Source: a virus. Taken from it: a stretch of DNA of 64,000 nucleotides. Position numbers and translations under genes: made by a program. The DNA lies in IMG/VR virus record IMGVR_UViG_3300017598_000441, positions 9,680-73,679 of that record. One strand, given 5' to 3'. The notes beneath the pieces are model-generated. The model saw only the letters and a list, made by a program, of their open reading frames with translations, was not told the DNA's origin and did no database searches. Below are positions 21,233 through 30,602 of this stretch, piece after piece (the first letter of the stretch is position 1; each line of letters opens with the position of its first letter).

Positions 21233-22147
21233 GTGGCAGTATCACATACTATTTTCACCGCTATTTTCATAGCCATTTTTACGATTCTTATAATAATGTA
21301 CCTACTAGCTAGTAAAGCAATAAGTAGGATAATGAAAATAGTGGCTGAAATAAAAACAGATGAAAGGAATAACCATAAGATACTGAGAGACTTGTCGGTA
21401 CAAGTAACCCAATTAGGTAACTCTTTTATAGAACTGGAGTCTAATGTGGATGTAAAATCTGGCTCGGATTTAGAATACCATACAGATATGGAATTAGTAA
21501 AACTTACCGTGCTAACTCCGTTCAATGATTTAAAATTATACCTAAACCGAAAACGTACCATATTAGTAGAGGAGGCTAAGAGGATGGCAAATATTGGAAT
21601 TAAAAATTCTGATTTTACAAATATTGAGGATAAGTGGGAGAGTATGAGATACGAGCTCAAAGATTTTTCAGATGGGTTATCGGAGGATTTCAAAAACTAT
21701 AATGCAACTAAACCATCAAACGAGCATTGGAAACTAGATGACTTTCTAAATGACTTATCCCACGCACTTAAATACGGAAATGGGAGCAGAGATATAATTT
21801 TCTTAAACCAGATGAAGGTTTATATAAAAACTCAGTTAGAATACACGTTTAAAGATTATACTAGGTTCAAGGTGGAATCTTTAGGGGTGGATTCTTTAGA
21901 TGTAAGTAAAACCTACCTAATAAAATTACTGGAGGAGGATAATATAGAGATGGTATTATTCCAACTTCGTAACCAAACCCAAAGTAATACAGAGTTAAGC
22001 AGCAGGCTATCTCTTATACAGGCTCAGTACAACAGGCAGATAAAAGACAAGAACTCTGGCACATTCTCGGAGGAGGCTTTAAGAATATCCTGTAACAAAG
22101 TTAGGGCTGCAGTATTAGATTTTATAAAGGTAGTAGATATACATTAA
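21233..22147 (+). CDS. Membrane-anchored protein with C-terminal EAD11 domain
   Basis: N-terminal TM helix (IFTAIFIAIFTILIIMYLL); C-terminal LSLIQAQYNRQIKDKNSGTFSEEALRISCNKVRAAVLDFI. Confidence 0.7.
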   Translation: MAVSHTIFTAIFIAIFTILIIMYLLASKAISRIMKIVAEIKTDERNNHKILRDLSVQVTQLGNSFIELESNVDVKSGSDLEYHTDMELVKLTVLTPFNDLKLYLNRKRTILVEEAKRMANIGIKNSDFTNIEDKWESMRYELKDFSDGLSEDFKNYNATKPSNEHWKLDDFLNDLSHALKYGNGSRDIIFLNQMKVYIKTQLEYTFKDYTRFKVESLGVDSLDVSKTYLIKLLEEDNIEMVLFQLRNQTQSNTELSSRLSLIQAQYNRQIKDKNSGTFSEEALRISCNKVRAAVLDFIKVVDIH

Positions 22148-22180
22148 TTTTGGTTTATATCAAAAAATATTGTATCTTTG
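22148..22180 (+). promoter_or_regulatory. Promoter of the replication module
   Basis: TTTTGG-N19-TATCTTTG. Confidence 0.75.
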
Positions 22181-22202
22181 TAGAATAATTAAAACACACA
22201 CA

Positions 22203-23648
22203 ATGACATTAGAGTTTGAAGAGAATATTCTTAGATACCTTGCCAATCCTAGTAATAAGAATAAAAAATTTATTGCTATTATTGAAGAAGATATATTTGA
22301 AGTACTTGAACATAAAATCGTGTTCAAATTATTGACTGGATATATAGAAGATTATAGATGTGTACCCACACAGATAGATTTTGTGGAATATACCAGTAGG
22401 CAAATGGAGATGGGAGATGTTGAAAGAGACATCTCAAAAGCCATACTAAGATTTGTAAAAAGAGGTCTATACAAACCTGTAGAAACTTCTGGAAAGTTCC
22501 TAAAAGAAACCATTGTAGAATTTGCTCAATTCAAACTTATGAGCAATATGTTTGTAGAGTACGCCCCTAGACTTATAGAGGGCGTAACTCTGTTTCGTCA
22601 AGCAAAAAATAGAATGTTAGATATTCTGGCTTTGTCAGATGATGACTCCGACAATTTCATACAGAGAGGGGGAGATATTCTAGTGAATGGTGGACTGGAT
22701 ACAGGAAAACTTAGCAAGGTTCTATACACACCTTACCAAGGTCTGAATATGACTATGGGAAGCCACGGTATAACGTCCCCAGAACTTGTGGTACTTATGG
22801 CAGGCTCAAAAGCCTTCAAAACAGGAGTTATGATTAACATAGCTATAGGTATGGCTAAAAGAGGTAGCAAAGTTTACTATGCAGATGGAGAAAATGGCTA
22901 CAAATCCATATCTCAAAGGGTTAAACAGAATGTTTGTGAATGTACCAAGTGGGAAGTAGTAGGGAATGCTTTTGAAGAGGAGATAGATGCCTATGGGGAT
23001 GTAATAGAACAAGAATCTGTATCAGATATGTTTGAAGCAGCATCCACTCAGATAAAAATGGTTGGAGGGGCATTTGTGATAGATAGTTATGCACCCTCTA
23101 CAGCAACCGTGGCAGATGTGGAAGATTCTTTAGAGCAATACAAAGAAGAGACAGGGTTTGAGCCAGATATAATATTTTGGGATGACAGTTCACACTTTAT
23201 TCCTAGGAAACCACAAGGGGCAGACCACCTAGATAGCCAAAGGGTTATAAAAGATATAATCGGACTGAATATGAAATTAGGGTGTGCATCCTTTACTCCT
23301 GCACAGGTAACTAGAGATGCAGTAGATAAACCTCTAATCTCAATAAAAGATATAGGCAGAGATTATGGAATAGTGAAGTACGCCCATGTAATATTATCTA
23401 TAATAAGAAGCGTTCAAGAAAGAGAAGCTAACCTAGCCCAGTTATATTCTGTAGTGCAGAGGGAGGGAAAAAGCCAAGTAGGTGCCTGTATGTTAAAATT
23501 CAATGAAGAAAGAATGCAAGCAGATGAGGTAAGTTGGGAAGAAGCTGCAGAAATCACAGAGAATATGAGTGATTACACCCCAGATAATGTAAGAGGTAAA
23601 AAATCTGAGTATAAAGAGCAGATAGGAAAAATAAAAAGAAACAAATAA
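22203..23648 (+). CDS. DnaB-like replicative helicase
   Basis: Variant Walker A AGSKAFKT, YADGE, PDIIFWD, AQVTRDA; ATG 22203 follows an ACACAC leader. Confidence 0.8.
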   Translation: MTLEFEENILRYLANPSNKNKKFIAIIEEDIFEVLEHKIVFKLLTGYIEDYRCVPTQIDFVEYTSRQMEMGDVERDISKAILRFVKRGLYKPVETSGKFLKETIVEFAQFKLMSNMFVEYAPRLIEGVTLFRQAKNRMLDILALSDDDSDNFIQRGGDILVNGGLDTGKLSKVLYTPYQGLNMTMGSHGITSPELVVLMAGSKAFKTGVMINIAIGMAKRGSKVYYADGENGYKSISQRVKQNVCECTKWEVVGNAFEEEIDAYGDVIEQESVSDMFEAASTQIKMVGGAFVIDSYAPSTATVADVEDSLEQYKEETGFEPDIIFWDDSSHFIPRKPQGADHLDSQRVIKDIIGLNMKLGCASFTPAQVTRDAVDKPLISIKDIGRDYGIVKYAHVILSIIRSVQEREANLAQLYSVVQREGKSQVGACMLKFNEERMQADEVSWEEAAEITENMSDYTPDNVRGKKSEYKEQIGKIKRNK

Positions 23649-23681
23649 TTTGTAAAGAAACTAATTATTCACTACATTTGT

Positions 23682-23770
23682 AACCTAGACAGACGTTGAT
23701 TCGCCTGTTGTGATAACGTCAATAGGTTCAGTTGTGTGTTCCCTGTTGGCGTTTTTCGGCTCTAAACAGT
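23682..23770 (+). ncRNA. Candidate structured small RNA or 5' leader
   Basis: Follows TTTG-N20-TACATTTG promoter; GC-richer than flanks; stems AACCTA/TAGGTT and GACGTT/AACGTC. Confidence 0.4.
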
Positions 23771-23807
23771 AAATAATCAATAAGTATAACTTTTTAAACT
23801 TTTAAAG

Positions 23808-24056
23808 ATGAGAGACTTAGTAATAGCAGTACTTATACTTTTAATAGCCCTTACAGGTTGTATAAGTAACGAAAAAAGATTAGAAGATGTTAAGAATAAA
23901 AACCCCGAACTAAGAATACACCACGACCCCAAAAGACCCTATTTGTATGTTACCAATGACAGTATAAATGAAAGATTCATAATATACGAATCTTACAGGG
24001 ATATGTTCTTGGAAACTAATGCAATATATTTTCCCTACGACAGCATAAATAAGTAA
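23808..24056 (+). CDS. Small lipoprotein
   Basis: Hydrophobic signal peptide with lipobox LTGC. Confidence 0.7.
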   Translation: MRDLVIAVLILLIALTGCISNEKRLEDVKNKNPELRIHHDPKRPYLYVTNDSINERFIIYESYRDMFLETNAIYFPYDSINK

Positions 24057-24122
24057 TAAAAATTTTGGTGCTAATAAAAATTTTTATTACTTTTACACCT
24101 AATAAAAACACACACTTTAAAA

Positions 24123-25121
24123 ATGCTAAGTTCCAGAAAACTATACACATACTTTGACAGCAAGTTCAATATAAAGAAGTCCAGTAATGGATGGTACAGT
24201 ATGGAATGTCCGTACTGTAACGGGGGTAGAAAATCGGAAATCTCTGGAGCAGTACATTTTGAAATGGAAATTTTTAAGTGTTGGAGAGCTAAATGTGAGA
24301 AGAAAGCATCGGTCACAGATTTCATAATTTTTTTCGAGAGAGTCAATTACAGAGGTGTAGTAGATTTAGTAGAGAATTATAAAGAAACATCTGTAGTATT
24401 TGAGAAAAACAAAACTTCAAAGGTGGATTTGGAGACTTTAAGAAAAGAAGTAAACCTACCTTACGGATTTACTTCTATCATGGAGGATACAGATATGGCT
24501 ATAAGGGCATATAATTACCTGTTTGACCGAGGTTTTACCGATACTGAGGCACTAGATAACTGTGGGTGGGGTTTCGGCTCCAAAAAGCATAAAAACTTCA
24601 AGGAAGATTACTATGGATATATTATAGTGCCTTTCATAAATAAAGGTAAATTTACTTATTTTCTAGGCAGGGATTTTTTAAACAGGGATAAGAAGTATAA
24701 GTATAAAAATCCATCAAAAAATGATTTTGGGGTAGGTAGGTCTGAAATTCTGTTTAATGAAGATGCACTTATGAAGTATGATAAAGTGTATTTATCTGAG
24801 GGAGTTTTTTGTGCTAAAACTATAGGTGAGCAAGGAATAGCTACTTTAGGTTGGAGTATGTCTCCTATACAGAAAAACAAGATAATAAAATCCCACTCTA
24901 AGGAATTGATAGTAGCTGCAGATGTAGGGTTCTACAAAAAAGCTGTACAGGCTATGATTCCATTTTTACCATTCAAAAATATAAAGGTAGTTAATTTCGA
25001 GAATGAGAGTTTAGCTGCAGTAGGGGGAGATATAAATGATGTAGGAAAAAAATTATTCCTACAAGAAGAAGAACGTACTGAGTATTTAACTATGGCAAGT
25101 GCCATGAAAATAATGATATGA
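24123..25121 (+). CDS. DNA primase (zinc finger plus TOPRIM)
   Basis: CPYC...CWRAKC zinc finger, KYKNP, LFN, SEGVF, DINDV. Confidence 0.85.
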   Translation: MLSSRKLYTYFDSKFNIKKSSNGWYSMECPYCNGGRKSEISGAVHFEMEIFKCWRAKCEKKASVTDFIIFFERVNYRGVVDLVENYKETSVVFEKNKTSKVDLETLRKEVNLPYGFTSIMEDTDMAIRAYNYLFDRGFTDTEALDNCGWGFGSKKHKNFKEDYYGYIIVPFINKGKFTYFLGRDFLNRDKKYKYKNPSKNDFGVGRSEILFNEDALMKYDKVYLSEGVFCAKTIGEQGIATLGWSMSPIQKNKIIKSHSKELIVAADVGFYKKAVQAMIPFLPFKNIKVVNFENESLAAVGGDINDVGKKLFLQEEERTEYLTMASAMKIMI

Positions 25122-25696
25122 TTAAAGCAATATTAAACAAGTTCGTAAATCCAGATTTATCTGTAGAATTTACTCGAAAACATAAGAACGCAAAAACACC
25201 CTCAAAAGCATACGAAGGTGATGCAGGCTTAGATATGTGGGCTACTACAGTGGATTTCACAAACCCTATGTACATTGAATATGGTACAGGGATTCACATG
25301 GCAATACCGAAAGGGTATGTAGGATTATTATTTGCTAGAAGTTCCGTGCGTAAGTTTGCACTAGCTATGGCAAATTGTGTAGGAATATTAGATGCAGGCT
25401 ACAGAGGGGAGATAAAGTTTTCATACAGAACTTATGAAAACTCTTTCGGCAATACTGATATGATAAAGAAGTTGGAGAAATTGGGGGTAGTGGATAGTGT
25501 AACTGCTTTACAGGATTCAAAGGATAAATCTAAACAATTCTACATCAAACCCGAAAACAAAAAGGTGTATATGGTAGGAGATAAAATTGGGCAATTAGTA
25601 ATCTTAAAACTGCCTACCATAAAACTAAAAGAAAAGAAAGAACTAACCCCTAGCGAACGAGGCACAGGAGGCCACGGTAGTAGTGGAATAAGATAA
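25118..25696 (+). CDS. dut: dUTPase (trimeric type) with an insertion
   Basis: GDAGLD, ARSS, GILDAGYRGEI, GDKIGQL, RGTGGHGSSG. Confidence 0.97.
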   Translation: MIKAILNKFVNPDLSVEFTRKHKNAKTPSKAYEGDAGLDMWATTVDFTNPMYIEYGTGIHMAIPKGYVGLLFARSSVRKFALAMANCVGILDAGYRGEIKFSYRTYENSFGNTDMIKKLEKLGVVDSVTALQDSKDKSKQFYIKPENKKVYMVGDKIGQLVILKLPTIKLKEKKELTPSERGTGGHGSSGIR

Positions 25697-25700
25697 AACT

Positions 25701-25901
25701 ATGGCATACGGAATCGTACAAAACCCCCAAGCGGTAAGAATAATAGGAGATGATGAAACTAAAGCAATAGTGATAGTTGAGACAGGTTGGGATGACCTGT
25801 ACCATGTCATAACCGAAGACGGAGAAATGCAAGAATCTAAACTGGAGAACTTAACATCCAGTGAAATCTTGTCCAAATATGGAGTATCAATTTTTAACTA
25901 A
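25701..25901 (+). CDS. Hypothetical protein
   Basis: Packed + strand ORF. Confidence 0.6.
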   Translation: MAYGIVQNPQAVRIIGDDETKAIVIVETGWDDLYHVITEDGEMQESKLENLTSSEILSKYGVSIFN

Positions 25902-25913
25902 AAATAAAACAAA

Positions 25914-26111
25914 ATGCTAACACAGTATTCAAAATGCGGAGGATGCAAAGCCTTGGCAATCGGAAAAAAATCCTACATCTGCAAATTAGGTGTAGGTATA
26001 GACTTTGAAAAAGGGTTCGGAGTAGCCTTAGCACCTAAGCCACAAGCTAAGTGCCACAAACCTAGAACAGACGAGAGTTTGAAAAAACTTGTAGATAAGA
26101 ACAAGAAGTGA
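25914..26111 (+). CDS. Hypothetical Cys-rich protein
   Basis: CGGC...C...C, possible zinc binding. Confidence 0.6.
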   Translation: MLTQYSKCGGCKALAIGKKSYICKLGVGIDFEKGFGVALAPKPQAKCHKPRTDESLKKLVDKNKK

Positions 26112-26965
26112 GAGACCCTTCCGTACATATCAAGGAAAGTACCCTACGTGAGATAATGCCAAAAATCCTAGCTTGTGATAATGTGGAAGATGCGGTAAAT
26201 AAGTTATTTAAACTATCTAAAGGAAAAATTCCAGTAAATAGAGTAAATATAAAGACCACCACAAAAACAAGAAAAAAAGTAAAGAAGGTTGCAGCATTGC
26301 TCGAAGAAGATTTAGGGGTAGAGCTATTCCAGAGGTTGTTAATAGAATACAGGACAATAACCAACCATAGAGGGATTAGGGCTATAAAGAAAGGAGATGT
26401 GAATTACACCAACTTAGTGGAGGTCACTAAGTTGGCTACTTCCTTTATTGAAGATTTTAAACTACCTAAAGAAACTGGGTACATAGAGTTTATAAAGAGG
26501 GGAATAGCTTTGATGGGTAGGAAGTATGGCATAAATAGATTCAAGTATCATTACGAAAAAATCTGTATGCAATATGAAAATACTCTACTACTAAAACAAG
26601 ACGACAACCCAAAAGGAACTAAGGAGGTATATAATATCTGGAAAGTCCTTATGTTGGAGTATGCAGGAGGAGAGTATCTACTAAGTTCGGACGATGAACT
26701 GGTTAATATGGTACTGGCAAGACAAGAGGCAGACGAACTGGGAGCAGATTATAAAGACTGGATGACAGCCCAATTTGAGGGATTAGCATGGCTTAAAACT
26801 GTACCAGAATTGGTAGGTTTTTTTGGGATAAATGCAAAATCCAGATACAGGAAATACTCCACTAATTTTGTAGATAAAGAAGCTGAGGTAGTGGTAGTAA
26901 ATAAGAATATGTCAGAAGCACAATTAAGATACCAAAAACTTAGAAACAAGAGAGCAAATGGCTAA
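26108..26965 (+). CDS. Hypothetical protein
   Basis: 285-aa ORF overlapping both neighbours. Confidence 0.7.
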   Translation: MRDPSVHIKESTLREIMPKILACDNVEDAVNKLFKLSKGKIPVNRVNIKTTTKTRKKVKKVAALLEEDLGVELFQRLLIEYRTITNHRGIRAIKKGDVNYTNLVEVTKLATSFIEDFKLPKETGYIEFIKRGIALMGRKYGINRFKYHYEKICMQYENTLLLKQDDNPKGTKEVYNIWKVLMLEYAGGEYLLSSDDELVNMVLARQEADELGADYKDWMTAQFEGLAWLKTVPELVGFFGINAKSRYRKYSTNFVDKEAEVVVVNKNMSEAQLRYQKLRNKRANG

Positions 26966-27530
26966 AATATCAAAAAGAGGTAAATTACAAATCAAGAAAG
27001 ATGAAAGTACCTATTTAGAGGTATGGAACACCAGAGTACATACTTGCGAGGAATGTGGGGCAGATTTGGGGGATGAGTTTAAAGACGAGTTCGGTAGAAT
27101 ACAGAAACACATATACTCACATATATTAACAAAAGGAGCCTTTCCAGAGTTTAGGAATAACCCAGAGAACTTTAATCTATTATGCCTAAGACACCATCAA
27201 GAGTGGGAGTTCGGGAATAGGGATAAAATGCACATAAATAAGCAGAATCAAAAAACAGTAGATTTGCTTAAATCTGGGGTACTAAACACAGACATCTCCA
27301 GAAAACTTTTTAAGATGAAGTCTAAGTTCCGTAACATATATTCCTTTGATAGGGGGATAAATATGTTATCTACAATACTAGATGTTTTAGACATAACAGA
27401 GATAGATACAGTAACTAGGTTGGCTAATATGGTAATAGAAAATAAATTTCTACCTAAAAATATTGAGACCTTAAACCAGAATTTAGATATATTAGTAGAG
27501 AAGTATTCCGATAGGAACTTGTACGATTAA
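26958..27530 (+). CDS. HNH-like zinc-finger nuclease
   Basis: CEECG...SHILTKG.FPE.R...EN..LLC..HH..WE. Confidence 0.7.
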   Translation: MAKISKRGKLQIKKDESTYLEVWNTRVHTCEECGADLGDEFKDEFGRIQKHIYSHILTKGAFPEFRNNPENFNLLCLRHHQEWEFGNRDKMHINKQNQKTVDLLKSGVLNTDISRKLFKMKSKFRNIYSFDRGINMLSTILDVLDITEIDTVTRLANMVIENKFLPKNIETLNQNLDILVEKYSDRNLYD

Positions 27531-27543
27531 AACACACACAGAA

Positions 27544-29058
27544 ATGGAAATAATACTAGGTAACGTAAGATGTAAATGCGTAATAACCTCCGAAGATAGA
27601 AAACTAGGTTTTGATGCAATAAAAAAACTTAGGGAGATTCTTAGAGAGAGGCCCGATGGATACCACCGTTCGGAGAGATTCCAAAAAGGTCAGTGGGATG
27701 GGTATTCTTATTTCCTTACCCCAAAAACGAGAGTGTTTCCAACAGGTATGCTACCTTGGGTGTTGCAATATTGCAAGGCACTTGGGATAAAAACAGAGAT
27801 AACTGATAAACGAAATAACTTACCAGAATTTACCGATTCCTTAGTAGATTCTTTTGGTGATATAACCTTATGGGACTACCAAAAAGACTTGGTAGAAATA
27901 GTTAGGAACAACCGACTAAAGATTTCTGAGGATGAGTCAATAAGTTTCAACAGAGGTATATTCGATGTAGCTACCAATGCAGGAAAAACAGTAATAATGC
28001 TAGGGGTATATTTTAACCTAAAAACCCCTAAATTACTATTCTTAACCAGAAGATTTGCATTATTTGTTCAGACAGTAGAGTTTTTCGAGAAATATGTAGA
28101 GGATGTAGGGGTGATTCACTCAGCTACTGCCAAACACCCAGACAAACGTTGGAGAAAAGCAAACTACAAAATAGGTTCTGTTACTATTGCTATGACACCC
28201 ACCCTAACCAGAAGGTTAAATAAAATAAATGTACAAAAAGATTTGAAGGCCTTTAATATGCTAGTTGCGGATGAGTGCCATTATTCCACAGCAGACACGG
28301 AAAAAGCCATAATTAATAAAACAGATGCAGGGCTGAGAATGTTTGTATCTGGAACTCCTTTTGCCAAAGTGGGAGATAAGGTAAAAAAGCTAAATCTTAT
28401 TGCTATGGCAGGGCCTGTAATAGGTAAAATCAGCAACAAGGATTTGGTAGAAAAGGGAGTAAGTAGGCAAATAAAAGTGCATATACATTTGAACCACGTA
28501 ATCCAGAAAGGAGGTTTTCCTGCGATAGATTACGCAAGCCAGATGGAAAATTTTATACACACGTCAAAAGAAAGATGCAGAATTATCCATAAAGAGGTAA
28601 CAGAAAACCCAAACAATATACATTTAATAACATACATAAACGAGGAGCATGGAAAGTTTATGTATGATTATCTTACTAGCCAAGAGGGTTATCATATACC
28701 CACGGTAGTTACAGGGGGTTGGGATACCAAAGGCAGACACAATAAGCAGAAAATGTTTATGAATAAACAGATAAATGTATTCATTGTATCTGAAATAATT
28801 AGAGAGGGGTTGAATATGCCATTCTTAGACACTCTTATATATTCTGGAGGAGGAAGTAGCAGCATAGGGTTGAAACAATGGTTTGGAAGAGGGATAAGAA
28901 TAGGCTCTTTACAGCAGAATTTTAAGGTATTAGATTTTATGGATATAGGACATAAAATAATGCCACACTCCAAAAAAAGGGTAAAGATATACGAGGAAGA
29001 GGGTTACATCATAGAGAAATACTATGATGAGAAGGAGATTAAAAAATTATCAAATTAA
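27544..29058 (+). CDS. SF2 (DExH) helicase, UvsW-like
   Basis: ATNAGKT, ADECH, SGTP, EGLN.P, Q..GR..R. Confidence 0.92.
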   Translation: MEIILGNVRCKCVITSEDRKLGFDAIKKLREILRERPDGYHRSERFQKGQWDGYSYFLTPKTRVFPTGMLPWVLQYCKALGIKTEITDKRNNLPEFTDSLVDSFGDITLWDYQKDLVEIVRNNRLKISEDESISFNRGIFDVATNAGKTVIMLGVYFNLKTPKLLFLTRRFALFVQTVEFFEKYVEDVGVIHSATAKHPDKRWRKANYKIGSVTIAMTPTLTRRLNKINVQKDLKAFNMLVADECHYSTADTEKAIINKTDAGLRMFVSGTPFAKVGDKVKKLNLIAMAGPVIGKISNKDLVEKGVSRQIKVHIHLNHVIQKGGFPAIDYASQMENFIHTSKERCRIIHKEVTENPNNIHLITYINEEHGKFMYDYLTSQEGYHIPTVVTGGWDTKGRHNKQKMFMNKQINVFIVSEIIREGLNMPFLDTLIYSGGGSSSIGLKQWFGRGIRIGSLQQNFKVLDFMDIGHKIMPHSKKRVKIYEEEGYIIEKYYDEKEIKKLSN

Positions 29059-29120
29059 TTTTGGTATATCTCAAAACTTTTCTTACCTTTACAGCAGTAA
29101 AAAATCTAAAAACACACACA

Positions 29121-30599
29121 ATGGAAAATCTAAGTGAAGTAATTTTATCTGAGACCCTAAAAGGAATCTCAGATAAAACACTACTAGAGGTAAAAAATAA
29201 GAAAACCAAAAAATTTGCCAACAGCCTTTGGGATGAATTTAGTAGTGAGAATATGGAAAAAACCCTTTGGTACAAAGATGGAAAATTCTCTGCTGAAATG
29301 CTTACAGAAAGTCTGCCCATAGTACTCAGCAACTGTAGAGAGGAATTAGTCCCAAAAGAGACTAAGCCTAAAGCCCTAAAACATAAAACTAAAAAAATAG
29401 AGGTAGGTAAATTGTCTGGAAAGTTTGGGTTAGAAGATATTCTGTACCTGTGGAGACTAGATGGAAATACTCCATACGGAAGCAACCCCAAACCTAAAGG
29501 GTATGATGAACCCAAACTTACAGGCTTTAATCAAATGGATGAAATTCCTGTAGCAAGTATAGCAGATTCATTAAAGCTTATATATAAAACTGAGGAAGAG
29601 ATAGTTTTAGAGGCCAAAAGAAATCTGAAAGCCCTAAGAAATAATATAGAACTCTTAACTGCACTACCTAGGAAGATAAAGAGAACAAAGCAAACTATTA
29701 AAAATATGCAGTCAGATATAGTAGAACTCAGCTATATCGTAAATAATCCTCAAAATATAAAGAATACAATAAACTACTATAAAAGTCTGCATGAAAGGCA
29801 ATGGGTTACTAGGTTCACTAATAAGAACTTTTATGTAAAGAAGGTGTATCCGTATTCTAATACTAAACAGGATATAAAAGAGGATTTCTATAAATGTTTA
29901 CTGTATTTAGGGTTGGATAACAAACCAAACCTAAACCTACACAGATATTTCATAGCTTATCAAAAAGACTTGGTAGCTATAGTCAGTACCGCAGTACTTT
30001 TATTAGAATCTTGTTACACATACCCAAACTTAACCCTAAAAAAGTTTGAGGAGATGAGTACGGGTCTGCCCTACAACTTCTACTGGCAGACTGCAGAAGT
30101 ATATAAAAATACCTACGATAAATACACAGAGTTAATAAATGAATTGATGAAAAACCCTACAAGAAAAAAGAAGGTTTTACTGGACCTTACAGAACCTGTA
30201 ACTATGGAAAAAATAAAAAAATATTCAGTGCCAGATTGTTTTGGGCAGGAGTTTGATATAAGAGATAACTCTTGTGCCAAATGCCATGATAACACCACTT
30301 GCGGAATTATATACAGGGATACTGTAGGAAGTAAGGCAAAAAAGCAAGTAGATAAATTCGTAGCACCTCCCTTGGATACCGTAGATTTCTCAGAACTAGA
30401 TGAGAAAAAAGATAGGATAGTTGCCCTACTAAAGCAAAAAGCCAAAACAGGAAAGAACATGACAATAGCCGCATTGGTGAAACATATTGAAAAAATATCA
30501 AAGTGTGGAGATAAGGAAGCTGTACACGGATATTTCAAAAGACTTATTCTGGAGAATGGTCTAGGCACAAAAGATGGGGTAGTAATTATAAAATCATAA
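29121..30599 (+). CDS. Hypothetical protein with C-terminal Cys cluster
   Basis: DCFG...C.KC.D...C; ATG 29121 follows a promoter and an ACACAC leader. Confidence 0.65.
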   Translation: MENLSEVILSETLKGISDKTLLEVKNKKTKKFANSLWDEFSSENMEKTLWYKDGKFSAEMLTESLPIVLSNCREELVPKETKPKALKHKTKKIEVGKLSGKFGLEDILYLWRLDGNTPYGSNPKPKGYDEPKLTGFNQMDEIPVASIADSLKLIYKTEEEIVLEAKRNLKALRNNIELLTALPRKIKRTKQTIKNMQSDIVELSYIVNNPQNIKNTINYYKSLHERQWVTRFTNKNFYVKKVYPYSNTKQDIKEDFYKCLLYLGLDNKPNLNLHRYFIAYQKDLVAIVSTAVLLLESCYTYPNLTLKKFEEMSTGLPYNFYWQTAEVYKNTYDKYTELINELMKNPTRKKKVLLDLTEPVTMEKIKKYSVPDCFGQEFDIRDNSCAKCHDNTTCGIIYRDTVGSKAKKQVDKFVAPPLDTVDFSELDEKKDRIVALLKQKAKTGKNMTIAALVKHIEKISKCGDKEAVHGYFKRLILENGLGTKDGVVIIKS

Positions 30600-30602
30600 T
30601 CA

